A stretch of 64,000 nucleotides of DNA. Source: an uncultured Candidatus Saccharibacteria bacterium. Its GTDB lineage: Bacteria; Patescibacteriota; Minisyncoccia; Phycocordibacterales; Zambryskibacteraceae. The notes below the pieces were generated by a model. That model worked only from the letters and a program-made list of their open reading frames with translations. It was not told the DNA's origin and did no database searches. Below are positions 19,276 to 27,992 of the stretch, in pieces. How positions within the stretch are numbered: the first letter of the stretch is position 1; every line of letters begins with the position of its first letter. The position numbers and the translations under genes are program-made. The stretch lies in the NCBI GenBank assembly GCA_964642835.1, contig CAZXQA010000001.1:202831-266830 (forward strand), given 5' to 3'.

Positions 19276-19754
19276 CCGTAATTGCTCTCCTCGTTATCGC
19301 CGCCGGTCTTTTCTACTATGTGAGAGCTCCTTATAGTTACCCATGGATTGTGGGCCCTATTAATGATCTCTATAAAGATTCTTACGCGCAGGAAGGTGAG
19401 AGCGGGCAGAGGTGGGTGTCTCTCGACAAGAAATCGGGCTTCGATATCGTGAGCGTTGCTCAGGGAGATTTAAATAACGATGGGGTGGAAGACGCTTTCG
19501 TCTGGGCGACGTGGTGTGGCGCCTCGTGCGGTAGCCAGTTTGTCGTCATATTGGGAAACTCAACGGGGAAGCCTAGAGCTTTCCAACTGCCTGCGTCCTT
19601 GCCTCCTGAAGGGATTCTCACTTCTAGCGCAAACCAGGACCATGTCAAAAGCATGAACATTGAGAATGGCATACTCAGTATTAATCTTGAAAACCGAGCT
19701 GAAACGCTCCGATATAGATTGTCAGGGAAATTTTTAATTCGAGTGAAGGACTAA
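19257..19754 (+). CDS. small N-terminally membrane-anchored hypothetical protein (1 of 4 in tandem)
   Basis: MKK + hydrophobic helix; lower-GC coding sequence than surroundings. Confidence 0.55.
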   Translation: MKKIILPVIALLVIAAGLFYYVRAPYSYPWIVGPINDLYKDSYAQEGESGQRWVSLDKKSGFDIVSVAQGDLNNDGVEDAFVWATWCGASCGSQFVVILGNSTGKPRAFQLPASLPPEGILTSSANQDHVKSMNIENGILSINLENRAETLRYRLSGKFLIRVKD

Positions 19755-19758
19755 TGTT

Positions 19759-19789
19759 ATAGTTGAGCTTATGAAAAAACTTATTCTTA
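19759..19789 (+). repeat. duplicated leader/start module copy A2
   Basis: ATAGTTGAGCTTATGAAAAAACTTATTCTT matches copy A1. Confidence 0.6.
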
Positions 19790-20148
19790 TAGCTATCGCT
19801 GTTCTCGTTCTTATTGTTGCTGGGGTATTTATGTACGGTATTCGTGAAAATACTGAGGCACTCTTAACTCAAGAACAAGCACAAAATCTCGTGCATACAA
19901 CGTGGGGCGATTGTTCTCAAGGAAATTGTGCTGATGTTGAGGTGAGTGTTACTCAACAGGAGACAGGACAGTATGTAGTTACGGCGATCTTTACTGAGTT
20001 GGATGATTCTACCTCACACACAAAAAAGGTTTCGAGGGCTTCTTTCCAAAACGGTACCTGGATGCTTAGTGAGCCTATCGTTACTCGAGCTTGCCATCGC
20101 GGGCACGTAGACGGAAGTAAAGGCTTCACCTCCGCATTCTGTATATAA
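19771..20148 (+). CDS. small N-terminally membrane-anchored hypothetical protein (2 of 4), Cys-containing
   Basis: MKKLILIAIAVLVLIVAG anchor; no family motif. Confidence 0.55.
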   Translation: MKKLILIAIAVLVLIVAGVFMYGIRENTEALLTQEQAQNLVHTTWGDCSQGNCADVEVSVTQQETGQYVVTAIFTELDDSTSHTKKVSRASFQNGTWMLSEPIVTRACHRGHVDGSKGFTSAFCI

Positions 20149-20159
20149 CTATATTCAAA

Positions 20160-20191
20160 TAACTTCACACGTTAAAACTTATGAAAAAATA
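20160..20191 (+). repeat. duplicated leader/start module copy B1 (TAACTTCACACGTTAAAACTTATGAAAAAATA)
   Basis: 32/32 identical to 20672-20703. Confidence 0.65.
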
Positions 20192-20687
20192 CGCGTTGGT
20201 AGGAATTACTCTTCTCGCTCTCGGTGGGTTGGGGTATTTTATATTGGGGTGGTCTACATATGAGAATAAAGAGTATGGCTTCCGATTCGAATACCCATCC
20301 CGCCTCCACGTTTTAACGAATGGTTCTCAAAATGATGGTTTGATTCAAATAAGCGACAAGAGCGACTTTGAAAAAAATGAAGACGCCTTCCTCATGAAGG
20401 TATACGTCGAAGCAAATTCGTCTACAAATAATCTGAGATCAACTACAGGAGAAAAGAGGTTAGAAATCGCTGCTTTAAAGACGAGGTTGAATGTCCCCGT
20501 TACCGCCGATTTTTCCGGTGATCCTCCGTACGGAATCTATAGTGTTTCTATCCCTCTTGAGGCGCAACATAAGCTGGTGAGGATTACTATCACGATTCCT
20601 CAAAGTGATCTTCCCGAATACGGCGGAGAAAATAGGGATCTAAAACTTGCGAAGGAGATTCTTACAACCTTTAACTTCACACGTTAA
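20181..20687 (+). CDS. small N-terminally membrane-anchored hypothetical protein (3 of 4)
   Basis: MKKYALVGITLLALGGLGYFILGW anchor; the 3' end of this CDS contains repeat copy B2. Confidence 0.55.
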   Translation: MKKYALVGITLLALGGLGYFILGWSTYENKEYGFRFEYPSRLHVLTNGSQNDGLIQISDKSDFEKNEDAFLMKVYVEANSSTNNLRSTTGEKRLEIAALKTRLNVPVTADFSGDPPYGIYSVSIPLEAQHKLVRITITIPQSDLPEYGGENRDLKLAKEILTTFNFTR

Positions 20688-20703
20688 AACTTATGAAAAA
20701 ATA
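20672..20703 (+). repeat. duplicated leader/start module copy B2
   Basis: identical 32-mer to B1; overlaps the last codons of gene 3 and the start of gene 4. Confidence 0.65.
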
Positions 20704-21136
20704 TCTCAAAATAGCAGTTTCGGTCGTCACCGTAGCCGCTCTTGGATACGTGACTTTGAACTTCCTCGCTTCAAAAGGAATTATCACCACGGATGCTGTG
20801 CCGGGTGCTCGGACTATTTACAATGGCGAAGTACAGGTTAAGCCGGTGTCTCTTGCTGAGATTGAGGCCAAACTTAAAGCGCAAAACAAGATCTATGACG
20901 TTAGACCCGGGTACATCTCAATTTGTGCCGGAGGCCTTCCTGTAATGGGCGGATGCGAACTTGGACTCACGAGAGACAATATTCTTAGCGCTTATGCAGA
21001 CATCCCTGGAGCACCCAATGAAAGGAAGTTCAAAGCAGAAGTGAGGAAAAAACTGAAAGAAATCGGTGATGTCCTCTCGATCGAAGAAGACACGTGGGTT
21101 ATTACCACAACCTATCCGGTATCATACGTGTATTAG
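20693..21136 (+). CDS. small N-terminally membrane-anchored hypothetical protein (4 of 4)
   Basis: MKKYLKIAVSVVTVAALGYVTL anchor. Confidence 0.55.
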   Translation: MKKYLKIAVSVVTVAALGYVTLNFLASKGIITTDAVPGARTIYNGEVQVKPVSLAEIEAKLKAQNKIYDVRPGYISICAGGLPVMGGCELGLTRDNILSAYADIPGAPNERKFKAEVRKKLKEIGDVLSIEEDTWVITTTYPVSYVY

Positions 21137-21137
21137 C

Positions 21138-22070
21138 ATGAAAACGTTTCTTAGCATCACCGTCGCCGTTGTTTTGGTCGGCGGAGGATATGGGGTGATG
21201 CGAGGAAGATCAACGCAGGTTGAGAATGTGGAGCCGGCCACTCCTATCGAGAGAAGTGCCAAAATTCTTTTCCTCGGTGACATGATGTTTGACCGAGGGA
21301 TTCGCCAAGTGGCTCTCAAGAAGGGTGGGGATTTCCTCTTTGCGTGCGTTGACCCATGGCTAGAAGAGGCTGATCTTGTCGTCGGCAACCTGGAGGGGCC
21401 TATCACCGAGGAGGCTTCGGTAAGCGCGGGGAGTGAGGTCGGCAGTCCGCGGAATTATCAATTCACTTTTCCCACTTCAACCGCGCCTCTTCTCGCGAAG
21501 CATGGTGTCGGCCTCGTCAATCTCGGCAACAACCACATCGAGAACTTCGGCCTCAGTGGCATCGCGAGCACGAAGTGGTTCTTGGAAGAGGCTCGCGTCG
21601 CGTACTTCGGCGGACTTGCAGGCGATGCGCCTATCTATCGCGCGGAAGTAGGTGGTCTCAAACTCTCCTTCGTAAGTTACAACCAGTTCGGCGGCGAGTC
21701 GGTCGAGAAAGTGGCTCAGACGATTGCTCAAGAGCACGAGACAGGGCGACAAGTAATCGTCTACACCCACTGGGGTGAGGAATATGTGCCCGCTACTGAG
21801 CAAGTGAAGAGGATGGCCGCCCGCTTTGCTGCGAGCGGGGCGAATCTTATCATTGGCTCCCATCCACATGTCGTCCAAGAGCACGAATGGATAGGGAAGA
21901 CGCTTGTGTATTACTCCCTGGGGAACTTTATCTTCGACCAATACTTCGACACTGAGGTCACCCACGGTCTCACACTCATGGTTCACCTCTTCTCGGATCA
22001 TGTGAATGTTGAAGAGAAGCCAGTCACCATCACTCCTGATGGTCGAACGTGCGCATCCATTTCAGGCTAA
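21138..22070 (+). CDS. CapA/PGA_cap family membrane-anchored metallophosphoesterase-like protein (poly-gamma-glutamate capsule biosynthesis CapA homologue)
   Basis: N-terminal TM, LFLGDMMFDR and GSHPHVVQ motifs typical of CapA family; ATG at 21138 preferred over longer upstream ORF. Confidence 0.7.
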   Translation: MKTFLSITVAVVLVGGGYGVMRGRSTQVENVEPATPIERSAKILFLGDMMFDRGIRQVALKKGGDFLFACVDPWLEEADLVVGNLEGPITEEASVSAGSEVGSPRNYQFTFPTSTAPLLAKHGVGLVNLGNNHIENFGLSGIASTKWFLEEARVAYFGGLAGDAPIYRAEVGGLKLSFVSYNQFGGESVEKVAQTIAQEHETGRQVIVYTHWGEEYVPATEQVKRMAARFAASGANLIIGSHPHVVQEHEWIGKTLVYYSLGNFIFDQYFDTEVTHGLTLMVHLFSDHVNVEEKPVTITPDGRTCASISG

Positions 22071-22131
22071 ACTTTTGACGAATCGTTTATTTCGTGATAT
22101 TGTCTGAAAAGGCGTTAGTTTTCTGAGGAGC

Positions 22132-22497
22132 GTGGAAATGGTCAGAATCAAAGAGGATCAGCCAGGATGGTCGTTTTCAAAGATCATCTCGATCGTCATC
22201 GTTACTGGTGTGCTGCTGGGAGCTGGGGTGTTCTTCTTCAAGAAGGGCGACTTTCGAGGTCCGATTGCGAGGGACCTGATGTCCGCAACGGATATCTCAC
22301 TCAAGAAGGAAGTGGCGCCACCACCTCTGTCCCCGGCAGACAAGGTCAAGGCGTGGGAGAAGGCTGCGGCCTCTCTCTACACGGCGCCTGTATTGCGCCA
22401 GCTCACTCGTGCCGAGCGTGCGAAGATCGACCCGAAGGCGCCGAAGCCCGAGGACCTGCCCGTGCTCCTGCGGGCGTACGTTCGCTCCCATCGATAG
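22132..22497 (+). CDS. hypothetical membrane protein
   Basis: one TM helix; Pro/Ala/Lys-rich tail; followed by strong terminator. Confidence 0.4.
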   Translation: MEMVRIKEDQPGWSFSKIISIVIVTGVLLGAGVFFFKKGDFRGPIARDLMSATDISLKKEVAPPPLSPADKVKAWEKAAASLYTAPVLRQLTRAERAKIDPKAPKPEDLPVLLRAYVRSHR

Positions 22498-22517
22498 TCC
22501 CCGCTATCGATGTCGGC

Positions 22518-22555
22518 GGGCCGCTTAAGTTCTCACGAACTTAAGCGGCTTTTCT
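22518..22555 (+). terminator. rho-independent terminator
   Basis: GCCGCTTAAGTT-CTCACGA-ACTTAAGCGGC then TTTTCTTTT. Confidence 0.7.
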
Positions 22556-22592
22556 TTTATTCTTGGTCGTGCACCCCCCTCTATTTAAAGGC

Positions 22593-23516
22593 ATGTATAC
22601 TGGAAATATGAAAGAATCACTCAAAATTCTAAGCGCTATAGTATTGCTCGGTTTGATTGGGTGGGGAATGAGTAAGTTTACCGTTATCAAAAAGGAAGAG
22701 GCTTCACCTATTGTTTACACAGACGGGCATGAAGAAGAAACCACCCCCACTCTTTACGGAGATGGGTATGTAGAGCACCGTGTTGAGTCCATTAATATAA
22801 GTCAATCTCCGGCTCGTAATCTCCTAAATCCTAAATGCCTTGAGAGAAATACGCTGGATTATCGTCTCGTTACAGACGACGGAGAGGTAGTCTTACCTAG
22901 CTTTATCGCCGTATTCGCCAAGCAAGAAGGGCTTCCTGAATGTATTTTTGACAATCTCCATCTCCTCTCTTCATTTTCCCGGGAGCGCATATTCTATGTC
23001 GGCATTGGAGAGAACTATGCCGCCTGGCACGCAGGTGATGAGCTCGGCGTGTATAGACTGGACCTTCGTAATGACACCCTCACTCATTTGCCTGTAATTT
23101 CAGGTTATTTAGATGGTTCAAGCGAGTACACAAAGATCTTCCATGACGATAGAACGGGAATCGCGTTTAAAAATAGAGGAATCTACGTTTTAGATATAAC
23201 AAAGGATACAGCTTCTCTCGTCTACACTCTTCCTGAAGGAGAGAGCTTTATCCAACTTCTCTCGGCAGGCGAAGAAGGTGGTTACCAACCTTCGTATGGC
23301 TCTATTGAGCTCTTTGGTGATGGCAATGTGCTATTTATCCCTGTGTATAGCCCTACATTAACTGAGAGTGGGGCACGCGTCTCCTATGATTCGAACGAAA
23401 ATTATGACGTATACACCAGACGCCAGACCGTCAAAGTAGATTCGCCGGATTGGTACTTTGGAAAGTACATATTATTCAAACAGCTTCGCACACTCGAACT
23501 TCCCATCCCGAGATAA
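22593..23516 (+). CDS. hypothetical secreted/anchored protein preceding tripartite exporter
   Basis: signal anchor LKILSAIVLLGLIGWG; no family motif. Confidence 0.45.
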   Translation: MYTGNMKESLKILSAIVLLGLIGWGMSKFTVIKKEEASPIVYTDGHEEETTPTLYGDGYVEHRVESINISQSPARNLLNPKCLERNTLDYRLVTDDGEVVLPSFIAVFAKQEGLPECIFDNLHLLSSFSRERIFYVGIGENYAAWHAGDELGVYRLDLRNDTLTHLPVISGYLDGSSEYTKIFHDDRTGIAFKNRGIYVLDITKDTASLVYTLPEGESFIQLLSAGEEGGYQPSYGSIELFGDGNVLFIPVYSPTLTESGARVSYDSNENYDVYTRRQTVKVDSPDWYFGKYILFKQLRTLELPIPR

Positions 23517-23571
23517 TAAGCGCGCCGAGGTTTATTTCTGAATTAACATTTTTTAGGTACAATAGGCGGTA

Positions 23572-25032
23572 ATGTCAAAAATCAATTCAATCTGGAAGTT
23601 CCTTAAGAAAAAGAAGTACTGGATTATCGGAATTCTGGGCGCGTTGCTCGTAGGATGGTTTATGTTTGGTGGTAGCGAGGCTCCTCTGGAAACCGTCTCT
23701 CCCGTTCAAGCTGATCTCGTTCGCACTGTTCGCATTTCTGGCAAGGTGACTCCTCGTGAGAAGGTTGATCTCGGCTTCGAAGTCTCAGGTACGGTCGCTG
23801 GCGTAAATAGAGACGTAGGAGAGCGGGTAAGTCGTGGTCAAGTTCTTGTGAGCTTGGGTGCCGGCACAACGGCGGCCGAGATCCAGCGCTCCGAAGCAGA
23901 GCTCGCCTCGGCTCAAGCGGAACTCAACAAGCTCGACGGCTCGCAGATCTACCAGAGCAACGTGACGGGCGACAAGCGCTCAGTCGTCCAGGCCATTCGC
24001 GACGCTTACACGGCCGCGAGTGATGCCGTGCACAACAAAGCGGACCAAGTCTTCATCGACGCCAATACCGACCACCCTGAGATTATTGGTTACTTCAAGA
24101 ACTTCGATGATCTCCACAGCAAAGTGAACACAGGTCGCGTCGAGGCGGGCACCGTTCTCGACCAGTGGGGGAATCTTGTCGCTTCGCTCGGCGCCTCAAC
24201 CTACACCGATGCCCAACTCGAGATCTCGAAGACCTATCTTTCTAAAATTAGCGACTTCATCGCAAATCTCACCCGTGCCGTGAATGCCTTTGAAGTCACG
24301 AGTTATTCGACCCAAGCGCAGATTGACGATTACAAGAGCGCCATCCTCTCGGCTCGCGAGAGTATTAATACCGCGAACCAAGGCTTCATTAACGCTGAGA
24401 ATGGTCTCGCCGAGACTCTCTCGAGTGTGCCCATCCAAGTCTCTCGCGTCGAAGCGGCGCAAGCCTCACTTCTCAATTTGCGCTACCAGCTTGCCAAGAG
24501 CGCTCTTATCTCACCGATTTCTGGCATTATCTCTCGCCAGGACGCGAAGGTGGGACAAGGAATTACCGCCGGCACCTCGATCGTTTCCGTCATTAGTCCT
24601 GACTATATTATCGAAACCTACGTGCCTGAAGTTTCGATCCCAGGCATGAATGTGGGCAACATCGCCACTGTTACCTTCGACGCGTACGGTCCTGACGTGA
24701 CCTTCCCGGCCAAGGTAGACCACATCGATCCGGCCGAAACAGTTCGTGATGGCGTTTCCACGTATAAAGTGAAGCTCTCCTTCACTACCACAGACGAGCG
24801 CATTCGCTCCGGCCTCACCTCAAACGTCTCGATTGAGATTATGAGAAAGACTGACACCACTCTTATCCCGACCCGCGCCATTACCAAAGAAGACGCGGAG
24901 AGCTTCGTTTACGTTCTCGTTGGAGAAAAGAAGATGAAGAAGACCGTTGTGGTGGGCGAGAAGGATTCCCAAGGCAATATCGAACTTCTTTCTGGCCTCT
25001 CGCTCGAGGATAAGATCATCGTTAATCCATAA
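23572..25032 (+). CDS. HlyD-family periplasmic adaptor (membrane fusion protein) of ABC exporter, unusually long (486 aa)
   Basis: N-terminal TM, lipoyl-like hairpin motif VSRGQVLVSL, long coiled coil, C-terminal beta-barrel. Confidence 0.75.
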   Translation: MSKINSIWKFLKKKKYWIIGILGALLVGWFMFGGSEAPLETVSPVQADLVRTVRISGKVTPREKVDLGFEVSGTVAGVNRDVGERVSRGQVLVSLGAGTTAAEIQRSEAELASAQAELNKLDGSQIYQSNVTGDKRSVVQAIRDAYTAASDAVHNKADQVFIDANTDHPEIIGYFKNFDDLHSKVNTGRVEAGTVLDQWGNLVASLGASTYTDAQLEISKTYLSKISDFIANLTRAVNAFEVTSYSTQAQIDDYKSAILSARESINTANQGFINAENGLAETLSSVPIQVSRVEAAQASLLNLRYQLAKSALISPISGIISRQDAKVGQGITAGTSIVSVISPDYIIETYVPEVSIPGMNVGNIATVTFDAYGPDVTFPAKVDHIDPAETVRDGVSTYKVKLSFTTTDERIRSGLTSNVSIEIMRKTDTTLIPTRAITKEDAESFVYVLVGEKKMKKTVVVGEKDSQGNIELLSGLSLEDKIIVNP

Positions 25033-25033
25033 C

Positions 25034-26278
25034 ATGCCGCAGTTTATCCGCCTCGGATACTTCCTCGCCTGGCGTCAGGTACGCCGGGCCAACAAGTGGA
25101 CCACCGCGCTCATCATCTTTGTGATGACGCTCACCTTTTTGAACCTCGTTGTCGTTTCCGGCATCCTGGTTGGCCTTATCGAAGGAGCAGTAGAAGCCAA
25201 CAAGGAGTTCTACACGTCGGATATCATTATCTCAAGACTTAACAAGAAGGATTACATCGAGCAGACACCGACGGTCATGAACATTATCCAATCGATGCCA
25301 GAAGTAGCCGCCATTTCTCCGCGCTATCTCGGTTCTGGTCGCATCGAAGCGAACTACAAAACGGCCGCGAAGGAGGAAGAGATTGATTCGGCTGGCGCGT
25401 CCTTCGCTGGTATCGACCCCGTCGCGGAAAATAATCTCACTGGCGTTTCTCAGTTCGTGATCGCGGGCAGCTATCTCGAGCCAGGTGACTATGACCAAAT
25501 CTTAATTGGCGCCTATCTTCTCAAGGAATACTTCCCAGTCGAGTCATCGGCCATTCAAACATTGGCCAATGTCCATGTGGGCGACAAGGTGCGCGTCACT
25601 ATCGGAGACATTCAGCGCGAAATGACCGTCAAGGGCATTATTCAGTCCAAGGTCGACGAGATCTCATACCGCGCTTACTTTGTGGACACGCAGTTCCGTG
25701 ACCTTATCGGACGCAACGACTACAACGTGGGCGAGATCTCCGTGCGCTTGAAGCCGGGGAGTGATCCGATAGTTGTGAAGGAAGCTCTTCTTCGCTCCGG
25801 CGTCGGTGCCTATGCCAAAGTCCAGACTTTCGAAGATGCCCAGCCTAAATTTCTTATCGACATCAAGAACACCTTCGCTCTCTTGGGCAACATGATTAGT
25901 TCGATCGGCCTTGTCGTTGCCTCGATCACTATCTTCATCGTCATTTTCATCAATGCCATTACGCGTCGGAAATTCATCGGCATCTTGAAGGGAGTTGGCG
26001 TTTCTGGACGCACTATTGAAGCTTCCTATGTGTTCCAATCCTTCTTTTACGCCGCTATGGGTTCAGGGATCGGCCTCCTTCTTCTCTATGGTTTCTTGAA
26101 ACCTTTTATCACGGCACATCCGATTAATTTCCCATTCTCCGACGGCATCCTTGTCGCGCCGGTGAGTGGTACGATGCTCAAAGTTTCAATCCTTGTTCTT
26201 ACCACGGTTATCGCGGGCTATATCCCAGCGCGCATGATCGTCCGCAAGAACACGCTCGATTCCATTCTTGGCCGCTAA
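25034..26278 (+). CDS. ABC transporter permease, FtsX/MacB-type (large periplasmic domain plus 4 TM)
   Basis: TM1 - periplasmic domain - 3 C-terminal TMs; ATG at 25034 directly after adaptor stop. Confidence 0.75.
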   Translation: MPQFIRLGYFLAWRQVRRANKWTTALIIFVMTLTFLNLVVVSGILVGLIEGAVEANKEFYTSDIIISRLNKKDYIEQTPTVMNIIQSMPEVAAISPRYLGSGRIEANYKTAAKEEEIDSAGASFAGIDPVAENNLTGVSQFVIAGSYLEPGDYDQILIGAYLLKEYFPVESSAIQTLANVHVGDKVRVTIGDIQREMTVKGIIQSKVDEISYRAYFVDTQFRDLIGRNDYNVGEISVRLKPGSDPIVVKEALLRSGVGAYAKVQTFEDAQPKFLIDIKNTFALLGNMISSIGLVVASITIFIVIFINAITRRKFIGILKGVGVSGRTIEASYVFQSFFYAAMGSGIGLLLLYGFLKPFITAHPINFPFSDGILVAPVSGTMLKVSILVLTTVIAGYIPARMIVRKNTLDSILGR

Positions 26279-26287
26279 TCAACTTTT

Positions 26288-26968
26288 ATGACCACTCTTA
26301 TTACTGTCGCCAATCTTAAGAAATCCTTCAAAGACGGAGAGAAGGAGACACACGTTCTCAAGGGGATCGACTTTATGGCCGAAGAAGGGGAGTGGATCTC
26401 GATCATGGGACGCTCTGGCGCGGGAAAATCAACTTTCATGTATCAAATATCCCTTCTCGATGATCCAACTTCCGGAGAGATCACTGTCTTTGACAAAAAT
26501 ACTCACACCATGCACCCTGACGAGAAAACAGCTTTCCGCTTGAACGAACTTGGTTACGTGTTCCAGGATTACGCGCTTCTACCAGATCTCACCGCTACCG
26601 AGAATGTGGCTGTGCCGCTCATGATGCAGGGCAAAAGTAAGGAGGAGGCCTACAAACAAGCTCGCACCTCGCTCGAGCGCGTGGGTCTCGGTCATCGTCT
26701 CGACAACCTTCCTTCGCAAATGTCTGGCGGGGAGCAACAGCGCACCTCCATTGCTCGCGCTCTGGCTCATAAGCCGCGTATTCTCTTTGCCGATGAACCC
26801 ACCGCGAACCTCGATAACGAATCTTCGAAGACGGTTATGGAGCTTTTCAAACAAGTGCATAAGGATGGTCAAACGATCATCATGGTGACTCACGAAGAAG
26901 AGTATAGTAAATTCGCCGATCGTATCGTGCGGCTTGATGATGGGAAAATTGTCTCAGGTCACCACTAG
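26288..26968 (+). CDS. ABC transporter ATP-binding protein (MacB/LolD-type)
   Basis: Walker A GRSGAGKST, signature MSGGEQQRTSIARAL, Walker B ILFADEPTANLD. Confidence 0.9.
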   Translation: MTTLITVANLKKSFKDGEKETHVLKGIDFMAEEGEWISIMGRSGAGKSTFMYQISLLDDPTSGEITVFDKNTHTMHPDEKTAFRLNELGYVFQDYALLPDLTATENVAVPLMMQGKSKEEAYKQARTSLERVGLGHRLDNLPSQMSGGEQQRTSIARALAHKPRILFADEPTANLDNESSKTVMELFKQVHKDGQTIIMVTHEEEYSKFADRIVRLDDGKIVSGHH

Positions 26969-27094
26969 CTTTACATGTGGATAACTCCTGTGGTATAGTA
27001 GGAGCAATGTAAGTTTCTCGTAGGTTACGCCTTCGAAGAACCGCCCAGCGCTTACAGGAATTACTATAGGCTGGGCAAATTAGATTCAAAGTAA

Positions 27095-27373
27095 ATGTCA
27101 ACCAAGTTGTACGTCGGTGGTATTCCTTACACCTCGACTGAAGCAGGTCTCGGAGAAGCTTTCTCCAAGGCAGGCAATGTCGTCTCGTCCGCTATCATTA
27201 TTGATCGCATGACGGGCCGCTCCAAGGGTTTCGGTTTCGTAGAAATGTCGACCGCTGAGGAAGCTCAGAAGGCTATCGACATGTTCAACGGCCAGGACTT
27301 CGAGGGTCGCAAGCTCACCGTAAACGTTGCTCGCCCGCTCGAGCCTCGTAACAACGACCGCCGCGGTATGTAA
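27095..27373 (+). CDS. RRM-type RNA-binding protein
   Basis: RNP-2 LYVGGI and RNP-1 KGFGFVEM. Confidence 0.8.
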   Translation: MSTKLYVGGIPYTSTEAGLGEAFSKAGNVVSSAIIIDRMTGRSKGFGFVEMSTAEEAQKAIDMFNGQDFEGRKLTVNVARPLEPRNNDRRGM

Positions 27374-27395
27374 TCTTTGCCGCAAGGCACCGGTT

Positions 27396-27428
27396 CGCAA
27401 AAGCTCCCTTCGGGGAGCTTTTGCTTTA
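27396..27428 (+). terminator. rho-independent terminator
   Basis: GCAAAAGCTCCC-TTCG-GGGAGCTTTTGC then TTTATA. Confidence 0.7.
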
Positions 27429-27440
27429 TACTGGTTCCAT

Positions 27441-27929
27441 ATGAAGACCCTGCGCGCGATTACTCTCTCTGCTATCGGCCTCCTACTTGTTGGATGGTCT
27501 TTCTATGTCGTTTTACACCAGAGCGCGCCGGCAAAATATGCCTCTGGTGACGAACCTCTCCCTCTGACCACTTCTCATACCCTGCGCGTTGGAGAATACG
27601 TCCTACCCATTGAGATCGCAGAGACCCCCGAGGAACGGAGTCGAGGATTCTCTGGTCGCGAGAAGCCTTTGAGCGGACAGGGGCTCCTCTTCGTCTTTGA
27701 AAAGTCTGGTCAGTACGGCTTCTGGATGAAGGGTATGCGCTTTGCGATTGATATCGTCTGGATCGACGCGGACTGGCGGGTTGTCGAGGTGACGCGAGAT
27801 GTCCGACCGGAGAGTTACCCGCAAACTTTCACTTCTGCAGCTCCTGTCGCGTACGTTTTGGAGCTTCCGACAGGGGATGCGAATCTTTTCAATATTGACG
27901 TGGGTACCAAACTGTATCTGGATCGCTAA
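27441..27929 (+). CDS. DUF192-domain secreted/anchored protein
   Basis: GLLFVF...GFWMKGMRFAIDIVWID matches DUF192 (COG1430) core. Confidence 0.6.
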   Translation: MKTLRAITLSAIGLLLVGWSFYVVLHQSAPAKYASGDEPLPLTTSHTLRVGEYVLPIEIAETPEERSRGFSGREKPLSGQGLLFVFEKSGQYGFWMKGMRFAIDIVWIDADWRVVEVTRDVRPESYPQTFTSAAPVAYVLELPTGDANLFNIDVGTKLYLDR

Positions 27930-27938
27930 ATAGGGGGT

Positions 27939-27947
27939 TATCCACTA
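27939..27947 (+). promoter_or_regulatory. DnaA-box-like site (TTATCCACT) upstream of nrdA
   Basis: 8/9 match to TTATCCACA consensus, 45 nt upstream of nrdA start. Confidence 0.3.
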
Positions 27948-27992
27948 CTGGTAGGGGTGAAATTTTTGTAAAATTTACGGAACCATTTAGAC

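Noticed and set aside
19136-21137. Integrative element with an att duplicate of the tRNA-Ser 3' end
   Set aside because: No second copy of the tRNA 3' segment and no integrase were found. The block is therefore described only as a low-GC tRNA-adjacent gene array.
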